A stretch of DNA of 55,693 nt from a virus (lineage: Duplodnaviria; Caudoviricetes). How positions within the stretch are numbered: the first letter of the stretch is position 1; the number at the start of each line of letters is the position of its first letter. A program made the position numbers and the translations under genes. The stretch spans positions 1-55,693 of IMG/VR virus record IMGVR_UViG_3300030109_001698; one strand, given 5' to 3'. The notes beneath the pieces were generated by a model. That model saw nothing but the letters and a program-made list of their open reading frames with translations. It was not told the origin of the DNA and did no database searches. This document shows, in pieces, positions 55,319 through 55,693 of this stretch.

Positions 55319-55693
55319 TTAAAATTTATAAGATATTCCTAATTTAAACTCTCCTTCTGAATCTTCTTTCATAGACATCATATAATTTGGTTCTACATAT
55401 AGCTCATCCCATACTTTCATAGAATAACCAACACCAAAAGTCATATTGTCCATCATGTCTTCAGTTGGAGCTTGTACAACTGCGTAGCATTTACTAAAAT
55501 AGTATCTACCCCACATATCGTACTCTTCACCGTTTTTTACAAGACCTAGAGTAATGTTATCATTTAACACATATCCAATCCCCATATTATCGGTGATGTT
55601 TGACATTTCCCACTCCGCGTCATCCTCTGGCATATTTATAGTTGTTACAGCCATAAACTGTGCAGAGCATAAAATTGTAGCAAGAGCAAAACT
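55319..55693 (-). CDS. Small outer-membrane beta-barrel protein, 5' truncated by the window
   Basis: Frame open to the window edge (SFALATILCSA|QFMAV); ends FKLGISYKF with terminal Phe. Confidence 0.75.
   Translation of the reverse strand, partial: SFALATILCSAQFMAVTTINMPEDDAEWEMSNITDNMGIGYVLNDNITLGLVKNGEEYDMWGRYYFSKCYAVVQAPTEDMMDNMTFGVGYSMKVWDELYVEPNYMMSMKEDSEGEFKLGISYKF

Noticed and set aside
1-55693. Stop-codon reassignment as in some crAss-like phages
   Set aside because: Genes are intact and tightly packed under the standard code; TAG ends real genes such as the portal
1-55693. tRNA or rRNA genes, integrase, transposase, introns and inteins
   Set aside because: None recognised by eye; intergenic gaps are mostly too short; tRNAscan-SE and Infernal were not run

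Overview
AT-rich segment of a tailed dsDNA phage, most likely a podovirus of Bacteroidota (Flavobacteriia). Host evidence: A-rich leaders with no Shine-Dalgarno, signal peptides cleaved before Gln, a T9SS-type C-terminal domain and an Hc1-like protein. From recollection, not a search, the layout resembles crAss-related or Cellulophaga phi38:1-like marine phages. Bases 1-4.4 kb are a minus-strand cluster of small early-type genes with 8 copies of a tripartite promoter-like motif (ACGG-N7-ACGA-N7-TGGATAATA) and 7 copies of TGCTATACA. A non-coding divergence zone lies at 4.44-4.78 kb. Bases 4.8-55.1 kb are a plus-strand late/structural arm: small basic proteins, GroEL/GroES, holin, thermonuclease, terminase, portal, scaffold, capsid, tail proteins, ejection-type proteins including a 2378-aa multidomain protein, a secreted/outer-membrane module, PAP2 phosphatase, M15 endolysin and fibre-like genes. 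A convergent terminator precedes the next minus-strand arm. Main hypotheses: (1) the 2378-aa protein is a self-processing polyprotein (zincin, sigma-region-2-like, HAD domains separated by YSK-type motifs) that may deliver the factor reading the early promoters; (2) about 11 unrelated late proteins share an N-terminal FKMKG...SPxK leader, a candidate virion-cargo targeting or processing signal; (3) the phage encodes a T9SS cargo plus outer-membrane barrel module. All family assignments come from motifs read by eye; no searches were run.
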